This document shows, piece by piece, positions 11,026 to 21,049 of a DNA stretch of 64,000 bases. The notes beneath the pieces are model-generated. The model ran no database searches and was not told the origin of the DNA. It saw nothing but the letters and a program-made list of their open reading frames with translations. Numbering within the stretch: the stretch's first letter is position 1; each line of letters begins with the position of its first letter. The DNA is from an uncultured Gammaproteobacteria bacterium. Lineage in GTDB: Bacteria; Pseudomonadota; Gammaproteobacteria; Chromatiales; Chromatiaceae. The stretch lies in NCBI GenBank assembly GCA_963824085.1, contig CAWGNT010000026.1, forward strand, positions 32,180-96,179. The letters are read 5' to 3'. The position numbers and the translations under genes were made by a program.

Positions 11026-11047
11026 TTAGCATTCGCTGAAATGCTAA
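11026..11047. repeat. perfect 8-bp inverted repeat TTAGCATT-N6-AATGCTAA (candidate operator)
   Basis: Read directly in the lower-GC 516-bp gap upstream of the porin gene. A TTGACA hexamer follows at 11061-11066, but I found no convincing -10. Confidence 0.3.
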
Positions 11048-11303
11048 CGTAACGAAAAGATTGACAATTCTTAACACGTGGGCGACCATTGGCGCAAAGC
11101 ATACAGCGTAGGTTGCACGCAACATATACAGCCCTTCGATTCCACCGGCATGTGTGTACGTGCGCGGTGTAGCGCGGCAAGGGATTTGTTTCACAGCAGT
11201 AACGTCTTGGGGATTCCGCACGTCGGGCCGGAAACATGGGTACCCATAGACGCGAGGCGACAGGCCCGTAACTCGTTTAGTCCTTCCGGGGAGGAAAATT
11301 GGT

Positions 11304-12833
11304 ATGAAAGCAACGCTCAGACATTCGATTGCAGTCGCGCTGGCGGCTGGTATCACTGTGCCGGTTTCTGCACTGGCAACCAATGGTTACTTTTCGCACG
11401 GCTGGGGCACCAAATCCAAGGCCATGGCCGGTGTGGCCACTGCGCTGCCGCAGGATACATTGGTGTCCGCCACCAACCCGGCGGGCATGGCGTTCGTGGG
11501 AAACAGTATGGACATCGGTGTTTCCTTCTTCCATCCGTCTCCCCGGGGCTACGAGGCGAATGCCGATTTCCCGACCCAACAGGTGCCCGCTACGGATCCG
11601 TCCGGCACTGCGAACTTCAACGTCCCGTTCCCGACCGGTCCGTACGTGACGCCAGGAAAATACGACAGTAACAGGGACTGGTTCTACATTCCGAGCTTCG
11701 GCTACAACTACGAGATCGACAGTCGCCAAACCATCGGCGTCAGCATCTTTGGCAACGGCGGTATGAATACGAAGTATGCCGACCGGGCCGTGTGGGAGAA
11801 CTTTGCGGTGGCGCCGAATCAGCGCGTGACGGCTGCCGGCCAGCCAGTCGTCGCAACGAACCCGCCGGTGCCGCTGGACCAGGGAGGGCGGGTCATCATT
11901 CAGAACGGACGGCCGATACCGGTGACAACACCGATCCCCGGTACCGTAAACGGCAACCCCGGGGGGATATTCACGGCCACCACGCCGACCGGCGTGGACC
12001 TGGAGCAGCTGTTCATCGAGATTCCGTACACCTACAAGCTTGGCAACGGGATGCAGTCGCTCGGTATTGCACCCGTGTTCGCCATTCAAAGGTTCAAGGC
12101 GGAAGGGCTGGAGCCGTTCCGCCAGCTCTCAACCGATCCTGAGAACGTGACGAACAACGGGTACGATTACAGCTACGGCGGTGGCGTACATCTTGGTTGG
12201 TACGGCCGGATGAACGATCAACTGGCCTTCGGCCTCTCCTATCGCACGACCGTGTGGATGACCAAGCTTAACGACTATGCAGGGCTGTTTGCGGACAGCG
12301 GAAGCTTCGACATCCCCCCGATGTTCAACGCTGGTGTCGCCTACAAGGTGCAGCCGAGACTCACGGTCGCCTTCGACTACCAGCACATCTTCTATGACGA
12401 GAGCCATTCGATTTCGAATCCGAACAACGTGGACATCACTCAATGCCAAGGGGCCGTGGTCAAGCCCTCCTATTGCCTGGGCGGCAACAGCGGGTTGGGC
12501 TTCGGCTGGGAGAGCATGGACGTCCTGAAGCTGGGTGTGCGCTGGGATCAGAGCGACAAGCTGAAGTTGTTCGGTGGTGTGAGCTGGAACACCAATTTCC
12601 TGAAGACGGATACCCAGAGTCTGTTCAACGTATTGGCGCCGGCGACGGTCCGTTGGACCCTGACCCTAGGGGCGACCTACGTTCACAGCCCAAAGGATGA
12701 GTTCAATCTTGCCTTTGCGTACATGCCGAAGGAGACCGTCGACGGGACGAGTCCCACCATCACCTCTAGCCAAACCGGCAGCCTCTATATGGAGCAGATG
12801 GACATCGAGGTGAGTTGGAGCCATCACTTCTAA
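11304..12833 (+). CDS. outer-membrane transport protein, OMPP1/FadL/TodX family
   Basis: 509 aa: signal peptide, family-typical N-terminus NGYFSHGWGTKSKAMAGVATA, C-terminal aromatic residue (SWSHHF). SD GGAGG upstream. Confidence 0.8.
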   Translation: MKATLRHSIAVALAAGITVPVSALATNGYFSHGWGTKSKAMAGVATALPQDTLVSATNPAGMAFVGNSMDIGVSFFHPSPRGYEANADFPTQQVPATDPSGTANFNVPFPTGPYVTPGKYDSNRDWFYIPSFGYNYEIDSRQTIGVSIFGNGGMNTKYADRAVWENFAVAPNQRVTAAGQPVVATNPPVPLDQGGRVIIQNGRPIPVTTPIPGTVNGNPGGIFTATTPTGVDLEQLFIEIPYTYKLGNGMQSLGIAPVFAIQRFKAEGLEPFRQLSTDPENVTNNGYDYSYGGGVHLGWYGRMNDQLAFGLSYRTTVWMTKLNDYAGLFADSGSFDIPPMFNAGVAYKVQPRLTVAFDYQHIFYDESHSISNPNNVDITQCQGAVVKPSYCLGGNSGLGFGWESMDVLKLGVRWDQSDKLKLFGGVSWNTNFLKTDTQSLFNVLAPATVRWTLTLGATYVHSPKDEFNLAFAYMPKETVDGTSPTITSSQTGSLYMEQMDIEVSWSHHF

Positions 12834-12880
12834 CGCAGGCGCGGCGCACCCCGACCAGGGTGCGCTCTGACGACCATCGA

Positions 12881-12916
12881 GGCGACGTGTTGGGACCCAG
12901 CACGTCGCCTTTTTCG
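12881..12916 (+). terminator. rho-independent terminator after the porin gene
   Basis: Long stem GGCGACGTGTTGGG / CCCAGCACGTCGCC followed by TTTTTCGTT. Confidence 0.75.
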
Positions 12917-13150
12917 TTGCTGTTCCATCGGCGACGCTCAGCTCTCCCCGAGTTGCCTGACGATGTCAGCCGCGTCGGGGAGAGGTGGTGTGGAGGTGCG
13001 GCTATCCCGCAAACAGCATGTGAACCGCCAAGAGTGCCAAGGTTTTCAGATGGGTGAGGACGTTCATGACCTCACGTGACGGGCGAGGACGGCCGTCAGC
13101 GTAACTTGGCGTCCTTTGTGTCTTGGCGGTTCGAGCTGCTCTTCGTGAAA

Positions 13151-13666
13151 CTATGGGCAGGAAGCCTTATCGCCGGGAACCTTTCCCGTGAGCACCAGGA
13201 AGCTGTCGAACGGACCCATGACGGTCATGGCCTCGCCCTTGGGACCCTCGAACTTGAGCTTACCGGTCATCATGGCCCCCATGGCCCCGCAGCCGAACTT
13301 GCCTTCGCCCATGCAGATCCAATCCTCGTCCGTGGCATGCATGACGTAGTCGACGTCGGAGTTGAGGTCGGTATGCTTAACGGCGCCGCCGTAGGTGCAC
13401 ATCGCCTTCCCGTCCTTGTCCGCAATGTCTATCTCGACCTTGCTCTTCTCGCCGCACTTGGTGCGGTAGAGCTGGATCACTTTGTACCCTCGGCCGGCGT
13501 TGTTCTCCGCCCATTTACCACCGAGCTTCGTGGTCAAGGTGTCGGACTTGTTCCAGGCGTCGCACAACGAGGATGCCCACTGTGCGTCCATGAAGGTCGC
13601 CGACTGAGCGCCGGCCGAGAAGGCAACCGAGAGCACTGCGACGGCGGGGGTTAACTTTCGGATCAT
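13151..13666 (-). CDS. secreted SCP2 (sterol-carrier/lipid-binding)-like protein
   Basis: Only the C-terminal 171 codons of ORF 13151..14077 look coding. ATG at 13666 is preceded by AGGAGA; signal peptide MIRKLTPAVAVLSVAFSAGAQS; SCP2-like MTGKLKFEGPKGEAM. Confidence 0.6.
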   Translation of the reverse strand: MIRKLTPAVAVLSVAFSAGAQSATFMDAQWASSLCDAWNKSDTLTTKLGGKWAENNAGRGYKVIQLYRTKCGEKSKVEIDIADKDGKAMCTYGGAVKHTDLNSDVDYVMHATDEDWICMGEGKFGCGAMGAMMTGKLKFEGPKGEAMTVMGPFDSFLVLTGKVPGDKASCP

Positions 13667-13807
13667 TTCGTTCTCCTCTTTCTCTCCAGCGGTTGAGCGC
13701 TTAAATCGCGCCGGTTTGGGGTTTGTTGTAGTCGAAAATGCGCCAATCGTAGCGGCGCGGACAGCGCTCGCGCAACTGACATTGCGGCGATCGCCCACAC
13801 GGTATAC

Positions 13808-13960
13808 GGCTTTCCGAGGTCGGGTTGCGCGCGCCGGGGGACGCCGTGGATTCTTCCCTGAAGGCTTGACGGCCGCCTCCCTGCGACCGACACCCCCGGC
13901 GCGCGCAACCCGACCCCTTCGGGCGAAAGGCGAAAAAAATCGCGTGAGCTGAGTAGAGCT
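13808..13960 (+). repeat. palindromic repeat element, copy A (perfect 23-bp stem, 52-nt core)
   Basis: GGTCGGGTTGCGCGCGCCGGGGG (13818-13840) pairs perfectly with CCCCCGGCGCGCGCAACCCGACC (13893-13915). The core between them is homologous to copies at 52.9, 54.1, 56.9, 59.4 and 60.1 kb. Confidence 0.75.
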
Positions 13961-14048
13961 GCTTGCCTTCCTAACCTCGGGAATTGTCAGCCGAGCGCGA
14001 TCGGAGGGATGACGCGGGACGAACGACAGGCCACCCCACGTCGGAGAC

Positions 14049-15386
14049 TCAGTCCGGACGCGCCGCCGACCGGCCAATGGAGTAATAGGTTAGTCCGCTC
14101 GCGGTGACCAGCTTCGGGTCGAACATGTTGCGGCCGTCGAACAGGACGGGATGCTTCAGCTTCGCCTTGATCGTTGGGAAGTCGGGACTGCGGAACTGGG
14201 TCCACTCGGTGAGGATGGCCAGGGCATCGGCGCCCTCCAGCGCGGTCATTGCGTCGTCGCACAGGACGAGCCCCGAACGCTCGCCATAGATGCGGCGGGT
14301 TTCCTCGATGGCGACCGGGTCGAAGGCATGGACACGGGCTCCGGCCTTCCAAAGCGACTCCAGGAGGCGGCGGCTGGATGCCTCCCGCATGTCATCGGTG
14401 TTGGGCTTGAACGCCAGACCCCAGACGGCGATGGCGCGCCCGTCGAGGTCGCCAGCAAAGTAGTCGCTGATCTTTTGAAACAGGACGTCCTTCTGGCGGT
14501 CGTTCACCGCCTCGACCGCCTGCAACAGCTGCGGGGAGTAGCCGATGGTGCGTGCCGTGTGCTCCAGTGCCCGCACGTCCTTGGGAAAGCAGGATCCGCC
14601 GTACCCGCAGCCGGGGTAGATGAATTGATAGCCGATACGCGGGTCGGACCCGACGCCGACGCGCACCCTCTCGATGTCCGCGCCAACAGCCTCGGCGATG
14701 TTCGATAGCTCGTTCATGAAGCTGATCTTGGTCGCCAGGATGGCGTTGGCGGCGTATTTCGTAAGCTCCGCGGAGCGCACGTCCATCACCATGACGCGAT
14801 CGTGGCTGCGGTTGAACGGGGCGTAGAGCGCACGCAGCAGCTCAGCGGTGCGCGGGTTTTCAGTACCGACGATGATGCGGTCGGGACGCATGAAGTCCTC
14901 GATGGCGGCGCCTTCTTTAAGGAACTCCGGGTTCGAGACCACGTCAAATTCTACGTTCAACCCGCGGGCGATCAGGGCGGAGCGCACGGTCTCGCCCACC
15001 TTGTCGGCCGTGCCGACCGGGACGGTGGACTTGTCGACCAGGATTCGGTACGCGTCCATGTGCTCGCCGACTGTGCGCGCCACGGCGAGGACGTGTTTGA
15101 GGTCGGCGGAGCCGTCTTCGTCGGGCGGGGTTCCCACGGCGATGAACTGAAAGAGGCCGTGCTTGACACCCTCGGAGGGGTCGGTCGAAAAGGACAAACG
15201 GCCCGCCTCGCGGTTCGCTCGCACCATCGCTTCGAGTCCGGGCTCGTAGATGGGGACGCCGCCGCTGTTCAGGGTCGCAATCTTGTCTGAATCGACGTCG
15301 ATACACAGCACGTTGTTGCCGACCTCGGCGAGACAGGCGCCGGTGACCAGGCCCACATAGCCGCTGCCGAAGATGGTTACGTCCAT
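14049..15386 (-). CDS. ugd: UDP-glucose 6-dehydrogenase
   Basis: ORF 14049..15428. Start at [23 protein letters not shown] (NAD fold); catalytic GGSCFPKD. Confidence 0.9.
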   Translation of the reverse strand: MDVTIFGSGYVGLVTGACLAEVGNNVLCIDVDSDKIATLNSGGVPIYEPGLEAMVRANREAGRLSFSTDPSEGVKHGLFQFIAVGTPPDEDGSADLKHVLAVARTVGEHMDAYRILVDKSTVPVGTADKVGETVRSALIARGLNVEFDVVSNPEFLKEGAAIEDFMRPDRIIVGTENPRTAELLRALYAPFNRSHDRVMVMDVRSAELTKYAANAILATKISFMNELSNIAEAVGADIERVRVGVGSDPRIGYQFIYPGCGYGGSCFPKDVRALEHTARTIGYSPQLLQAVEAVNDRQKDVLFQKISDYFAGDLDGRAIAVWGLAFKPNTDDMREASSRRLLESLWKAGARVHAFDPVAIEETRRIYGERSGLVLCDDAMTALEGADALAILTEWTQFRSPDFPTIKAKLKHPVLFDGRNMFDPKLVTASGLTYYSIGRSAARPD

Positions 15387-15531
15387 CGAGATCTCCAGGT
15401 GTGGGTGATACTTGCCGCGAGTAGCCAACCGAGGCGCTTAGCTCAGAGGCCCCTTGCCTTTTGTGCCGGGCGGGATGGTAGCAGCATTGGCGGGAGCCCG
15501 CCCAGGACGCGTCGCTGGCCGGGAAAGCCCG

Positions 15532-15560
15532 TTGACAGGGTCTCCCTCGCTTATTACGAT
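15532..15560 (+). promoter_or_regulatory. candidate sigma-70 promoter of the tRNA-tuf operon
   Basis: TTGACA (15532-15537), 17-nt spacer, TACGAT (15555-15560), then a GC-rich discriminator AACGCGC. tRNA-Tyr starts at 15575. Confidence 0.45.
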
Positions 15561-15574
15561 AACGCGCTTGTTTC

Positions 15575-15659
15575 GGAGGGGTTCCCGAGCGGTCAAAGGG
15601 ATCAGACTGTAAATCTGACGGCTCAGCCTTCGGAGGTTCGAATCCTCCCCCCTCCACCA
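15575..15659 (+). tRNA. tRNA-Tyr (anticodon GUA), long variable arm, CCA encoded
   Basis: Acceptor GGAGGGG/CCCCTCC, anticodon loop CTGTAAA, T-arm GGAGG-TTCGAAT-CCTCC; 85 nt. Confidence 0.9.
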
Positions 15660-15706
15660 GCAGCGTATCGCCCGGGTCTGGCGGATCGGCACGCATCGGG
15701 TTGAAA

Positions 15707-15780
<74 letters not shown>

Positions 15781-15799
15781 GCACGGCGACTAAGGCTCC

Positions 15800-15875
15800 G
15801 CCCATGTAGCTCAGTTGGTAGAGCACACCCTTGGTAAGGGTGAGGTCATCGGTTCAATTCCGATCATGGGCTCCA
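15800..15875 (+). tRNA. tRNA-Thr (anticodon GGU)
   Basis: Acceptor GCCCATG/CATGGGC, D-arm TAGCTCAGTTGGTAGAGCA, anticodon loop TTGGTAA; 76 nt with CCA. Confidence 0.9.
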
Positions 15876-15945
15876 CATTGTTGTCGCTCGGGAGCGTGCC
15901 TACAAGCGCGCGGAACGCCACTTAAGCATTTGCGGGGAGACGTCC

Positions 15946-17136
<1,191 letters not shown>

Positions 17137-17205
17137 TTTCGCGGCCTAATGCCCCGGAGCGATTGGGACCGGTTGCCCTCGCTCCCGGCGCTCGGCCCTT
17201 GTTTT

Positions 17206-17281
<76 letters not shown>

Positions 17282-17315
17282 CTTTGTACCTCGGCGTACA
17301 TAGCGCATCAAGTTA

Positions 17316-17693
17316 ATGAATGTACGAGCTGAGGCTGGCGCCACTAGTTTGGATACGATCAAGCTGGTGGTGGCGGCCGTTTTGCTAGTTTCCGGTATCT
17401 ACGGCTTTTACTACTTCGCGGCCTATTCGACCTTGCTGCGGGTGATCGGCCTGCTCGTGATTGGCGGCGTCGCTGCGGCCGTGGCGATGCAGACCGATCC
17501 CGGGCGGCGACTGTGGCAGTTTGGCGTCGATTCCCGCAACGAAGTGCGCAAGGTCGTCTGGCCTAGTCGTCAGGAGACCGTTCAAACTACGCTCGTGGTC
17601 CTGGTCATGGTGCTCATCCTGGGCATCGTCCTCTGGCTGTTCGACATGGTGCTGATGGGAATACTACGGTTGCTGACCGGGCACGGGGGCTGA
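17316..17693 (+). CDS. secE: preprotein translocase subunit SecE
   Basis: 125 aa, 3 TM segments, conserved [13 protein letters not shown]; precedes nusG. Confidence 0.9.
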   Translation: MNVRAEAGATSLDTIKLVVAAVLLVSGIYGFYYFAAYSTLLRVIGLLVIGGVAAAVAMQTDPGRRLWQFGVDSRNEVRKVVWPSRQETVQTTLVVLVMVLILGIVLWLFDMVLMGILRLLTGHGG

Positions 17694-17695
17694 GG

Positions 17696-18229
17696 ATGGC
17701 CAAGCGCTGGTACGTGATCCACGCTTACTCCAGCTTTGAAGGGCACGTAAAGCGCTCGTTGGAGGAGCGCATCAAGCGGGCCGGGATGGAAGACCTCTTC
17801 GGGCCCATTCTGGTCCCTACCGAAGAGGTCGTGGAGATGCGGGGGGGACAGCAGCGCAAGAGTGAGCGCAAGTTCTTCCCGGGGTACGTCCTGGTCAACA
17901 TGGAGTTGACGGACGACACCTGGCATCTGGTCAAGAGCGTTCCAAAGGTTATGGGCTTTGTCGGCGGTACCGGCGACCGGCCCGCGCCGATTCCCGACAA
18001 GCAGGCCGAGGCGATTCTCCGGCGCGTGGAAGAGGGCGGGGAAAAGCCCCGGCCGAAGGTGCTCTACGAGCCGGGAGAGGTCGTTCGAGTTGTCGAAGGG
18101 CCGTTCACGGACTTCAACGGCGTTGTGGAAGAGGTCGACTACGAGAAGAGCCGGCTGAAGGTGTCGGTGCTCATCTTCGGCCGGTCCACCCCCGTGGATC
18201 TGGAGTTCGGTCAAATCGAGAAGGGCTGA
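17696..18229 (+). CDS. nusG: transcription termination/antitermination factor NusG
   Basis: 177 aa with [14 protein letters not shown]-terminus and KOW region. Confidence 0.95.
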   Translation: MAKRWYVIHAYSSFEGHVKRSLEERIKRAGMEDLFGPILVPTEEVVEMRGGQQRKSERKFFPGYVLVNMELTDDTWHLVKSVPKVMGFVGGTGDRPAPIPDKQAEAILRRVEEGGEKPRPKVLYEPGEVVRVVEGPFTDFNGVVEEVDYEKSRLKVSVLIFGRSTPVDLEFGQIEKG

Positions 18230-18357
18230 TGCCCGGGAAAGGCTTGGGGTGCCGTCAGGCACCCGAGCAGACGCGGTCAAAGATACTTCGGGCAGTCCGC
18301 CCGGAGAAGGGGAGCCAGGCTTAGAGTCTGGCGTTTGGACCCACAGGAGCAGCAGAG

Positions 18358-18792
18358 ATGGCAAAGAAGATCACGGCCTACATCAAGTTGCAGGTCAAGG
18401 CGGGCGAGGCGAACCCGAGCCCGCCTGTCGGGCCCGCGCTCGGCCAGCACGGCGTCAACATCATGGAGTTCTGCAAGGCGTTCAACGCCAAGACGCAGAA
18501 CCTGGAGAAAGGGCTGCCTACTCCGGTTGTCATCACCGTGTACTCGGATCGCAGCTTCACGTTTATCACCAAGACGCCCCCCGCCTCGGTCTTGCTGAAG
18601 AAGGCGCTTGGGCTCGGCAAGGGGAGCAGCGTGCCCAATACGAACAAGGTCGGCACGGTCACCCGGGCTCAGCTCGAGGAGATCGCCAACGCGAAGATGC
18701 CGGACCTGACGGCCGCGGACCTGGATGCGGCGGTGCGCACCATCGCCGGGAGCGCCCGTGCTATGGGACTTGAAGTAGAGGGGGTGGTTTGA
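18358..18792 (+). CDS. rplK: 50S ribosomal protein L11
   Basis: [40 protein letters not shown]. Confidence 0.97.
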   Translation: MAKKITAYIKLQVKAGEANPSPPVGPALGQHGVNIMEFCKAFNAKTQNLEKGLPTPVVITVYSDRSFTFITKTPPASVLLKKALGLGKGSSVPNTNKVGTVTRAQLEEIANAKMPDLTAADLDAAVRTIAGSARAMGLEVEGVV

Positions 18793-19487
18793 TGGCCAAG
18801 CTGTCCAAACGGATACGGAGCATCCGGGAAAGGGTCGAGAGGAGCAGGGTTTACGGTGCGGAAGAGGCTTTTCTCCTCCTCAAGGAACTGTCATCCGTGA
18901 AGTTCACCGAGAACGTGGACGTCGCGGTGAACCTCGGCGTCGATCCCCGCAAGTCGGATCAGGTGGTGCGCGGCTCCACCGTGCTGCCCCATGGCATTGG
19001 CAAGGAAGTGCGCGTGGCTGTCTTCGCGCAGGCGGCGGCTGCGGAGGCGGCGCTTGCCGCGGGCGCTGAACGAGTCGGAATGGAGGATCTGGCCGAGGAC
19101 GTGAAGGCTGGAAACCTCGACTTCGACGTTGTCATCGCGGCGCCGGACGCGATGCGGGTGGTGGGTCAGCTCGGAAAGATACTCGGGCCGCGCGGCCTAA
19201 TGCCAAATCCGAAGGTAGGCACGGTCACCCCGGATGTGGCTCAGGCGGTGCGAAACGCCAAGGCCGGCCAGGTGCGGTACCGCACCGACAAGGCAGGCAT
19301 CATCCATTGCCCATTGGGGAAGGCGAGCTTCGAGACGCCGGCCTTGCGGGAGAATTTGGAGGCCTTGCTCGGAAACCTGATGAAGGCCAAACCGAGCACG
19401 TCGAAGGGTGTCTACATGAAGCGGGTTACGGTGTCCACGACGATGGGACCAGGGCTCGCAGTTGATCATCAGGCGCTGTCGTTCTAG
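18792..19487 (+). CDS. rplA: 50S ribosomal protein L1
   Basis: [13 protein letters not shown]... ATG at 18792 overlaps the rplK TGA (TGATG); the track ORF starts at TTG 18789. Confidence 0.95.
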   Translation: MAKLSKRIRSIRERVERSRVYGAEEAFLLLKELSSVKFTENVDVAVNLGVDPRKSDQVVRGSTVLPHGIGKEVRVAVFAQAAAAEAALAAGAERVGMEDLAEDVKAGNLDFDVVIAAPDAMRVVGQLGKILGPRGLMPNPKVGTVTPDVAQAVRNAKAGQVRYRTDKAGIIHCPLGKASFETPALRENLEALLGNLMKAKPSTSKGVYMKRVTVSTTMGPGLAVDHQALSF

Positions 19488-19856
19488 CGCCGCACGAGCG
19501 GGGCCGTCCAACGCAGGCCCCGCAGATAGACTTGACGGCCTGTGCTCGCGGCGCTGCAAGCCGTGCCAGGCAGATGTTCTTTGGGCACCGGCATGGCTTG
19601 CCGGATGCCGTCAAAGACCGCAGGTGCTTGGGGGCTTCGACGAACGGGTCGGAGTCGTCCGGGCTTAATCCGCGCGGGCCTGCGCAGACGGTGCTCCCGA
19701 GTCGGTTGAGCTCCGCGCCCGAGAGGGGCCGGACTCCCCTGACGACGGTGCACGATTGAACCCGCCGCGCACGGAGATATCGTCTCCGAGGTGCGTTGGG
19801 AAGTGTGGGCAGGGGCCTTTTGGTCCCGCCTAAACCGTAGTCAGGAGGTGACGACT
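19488..19856 (+). promoter_or_regulatory. long untranslated leader upstream of rplJ (candidate L10-L12 autoregulatory leader)
   Basis: 369-nt gap with no credible ORF; contains GC stems such as GCGGGGCC/GGCCCCGC. By analogy with the long E. coli rplJL leader. Structure not verified. Confidence 0.35.
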
Positions 19857-20384
19857 TTGGCACTGAGATTTGCGGAGAAAGAGGCCATTGTCGCCGAGGT
19901 TGCGGAAGTTGCGAAGAGCGCCTATTCGGCCATTGGGGCCGAGTACCGAGGCTTGACGGTGGCGCAGATGACGGCCTTGCGCGTCGAGGCGCGAAAGGCT
20001 GGCGTGTACGTCCGCGTGGTCAAGAACACGCTGGCCCAGCGTGCGCTGGACGGAACCGATTTCGCGTGCATGCGCGAGGCACTTACAGGACCCCTGGTCC
20101 TGGCATTCTCGCAGGCGGATCCCGGTTCAGCGGCGCGCGTAGCGGAGGCTTTCGCCAAGCAGAATGAGCGTTTCAAGGTCAAGCTTGTCTCCATCGGAGG
20201 CAAGCTGCTGGGACCCTCGGACCTCGGCACGCTGGCGAAGATGCCGACCTACGAGGAGGCGATCAGCCTGCTCATGGCCGTGATGAAGGCCCCGGTGCAG
20301 AAGCTGGCCGCCACCCTCAACGAGGTGCCCGGAAAGCTGGTGCGTACCGTCGCTGCGATCCGCGACGCAAAAGAGGCGGCATGA
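19857..20384 (+). CDS. rplJ: 50S ribosomal protein L10
   Basis: ORF 19791..20384. TTG at 19857 lies 8 nt after AGGAGG (19843-19848) and gives (M)ALRFAEKEAIVAEV, the typical L10 N-terminus. Confidence 0.9.
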   Translation: MALRFAEKEAIVAEVAEVAKSAYSAIGAEYRGLTVAQMTALRVEARKAGVYVRVVKNTLAQRALDGTDFACMREALTGPLVLAFSQADPGSAARVAEAFAKQNERFKVKLVSIGGKLLGPSDLGTLAKMPTYEEAISLLMAVMKAPVQKLAATLNEVPGKLVRTVAAIRDAKEAA

Positions 20385-20428
20385 CGATCAGGTATCAACC
20401 CAACAGATTTGGAGCTTAGGAGTTACGA

Positions 20429-20809
20429 ATGGCCGTTTCCAAAGAAGAGATTCTGGAAGCCATCGCCAACATGACCGTCATGGAGGTCGTGGAGCTTATC
20501 AGTGCGATGGAAGAGAAGTTCGGTGTGACAGCGGCAGCCGCGGTGGCGGCTGCGCCTGCCGCGGCCGGGGGCGGCGAGGCCGCTGCCGCGGAAGAGCAGA
20601 CCGAGTTCGATGTGGTGCTGACCTCGTTTGGCGCCAACAAGGTGTCCGTTATCAAGACGGTACGGGCGCTGACCGGTCTCGGGCTGAAGGAGGCAAAGGA
20701 CGCCGTAGAAGGCGTTCCGACGACCGTCAAGGAGGCCGTCTCGAAGGCGGATGCGGAAGACGCCAAGAAGCAGCTTGAAGAGGCGGGAGCGACCGTCGAG
20801 ATCAAATAA
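20429..20809 (+). CDS. rplL: 50S ribosomal protein L7/L12
   Basis: 126 aa with Ala-rich hinge and C-terminal domain [21 protein letters not shown]. Confidence 0.97.
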   Translation: MAVSKEEILEAIANMTVMEVVELISAMEEKFGVTAAAAVAAAPAAAGGGEAAAAEEQTEFDVVLTSFGANKVSVIKTVRALTGLGLKEAKDAVEGVPTTVKEAVSKADAEDAKKQLEEAGATVEIK

Positions 20810-20887
20810 CGGCGCCATTGCGCCGTTCTTCGTACGGTGCGGAAATTGGGCTGGCGGTCTGAGACCGCCGGCCTGTTGCTATTTCTC
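20808..20887 (+). terminator. two hairpins in the rplL-rpoB spacer (candidate attenuator)
   Basis: AACGGCGC-CATT-GCGCCGTT (20808-20827) followed by CTTCGT. GGCTGGCGGTC-TGA-GACCGCCGGCC (20849-20873) followed by a T-rich tract. E. coli has a partial terminator at this position. Confidence 0.5.
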
Positions 20888-21049
20888 TAATGGCCGGTCC
20901 AGGGCGATTCGGCCGTCATCCCGATCGCAGCCGGCCAAATCCGCTAAGGCTTGGCCAGGCGAACCGCTGAGGTCGGCGCAGGGACGCCCAGGGTAGGGCA
21001 GGAACGCGCCGCCCGGCACATTCTCCAAGCATTTCTGAGGAAAGGCAGC

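Noticed and set aside
13667-14077. N-terminal 137 codons of ORF 13151..14077.
   Set aside because: This part is translated through the palindromic repeat (copy A). A strong SD plus signal peptide at ATG 13666 defines the real, shorter gene.
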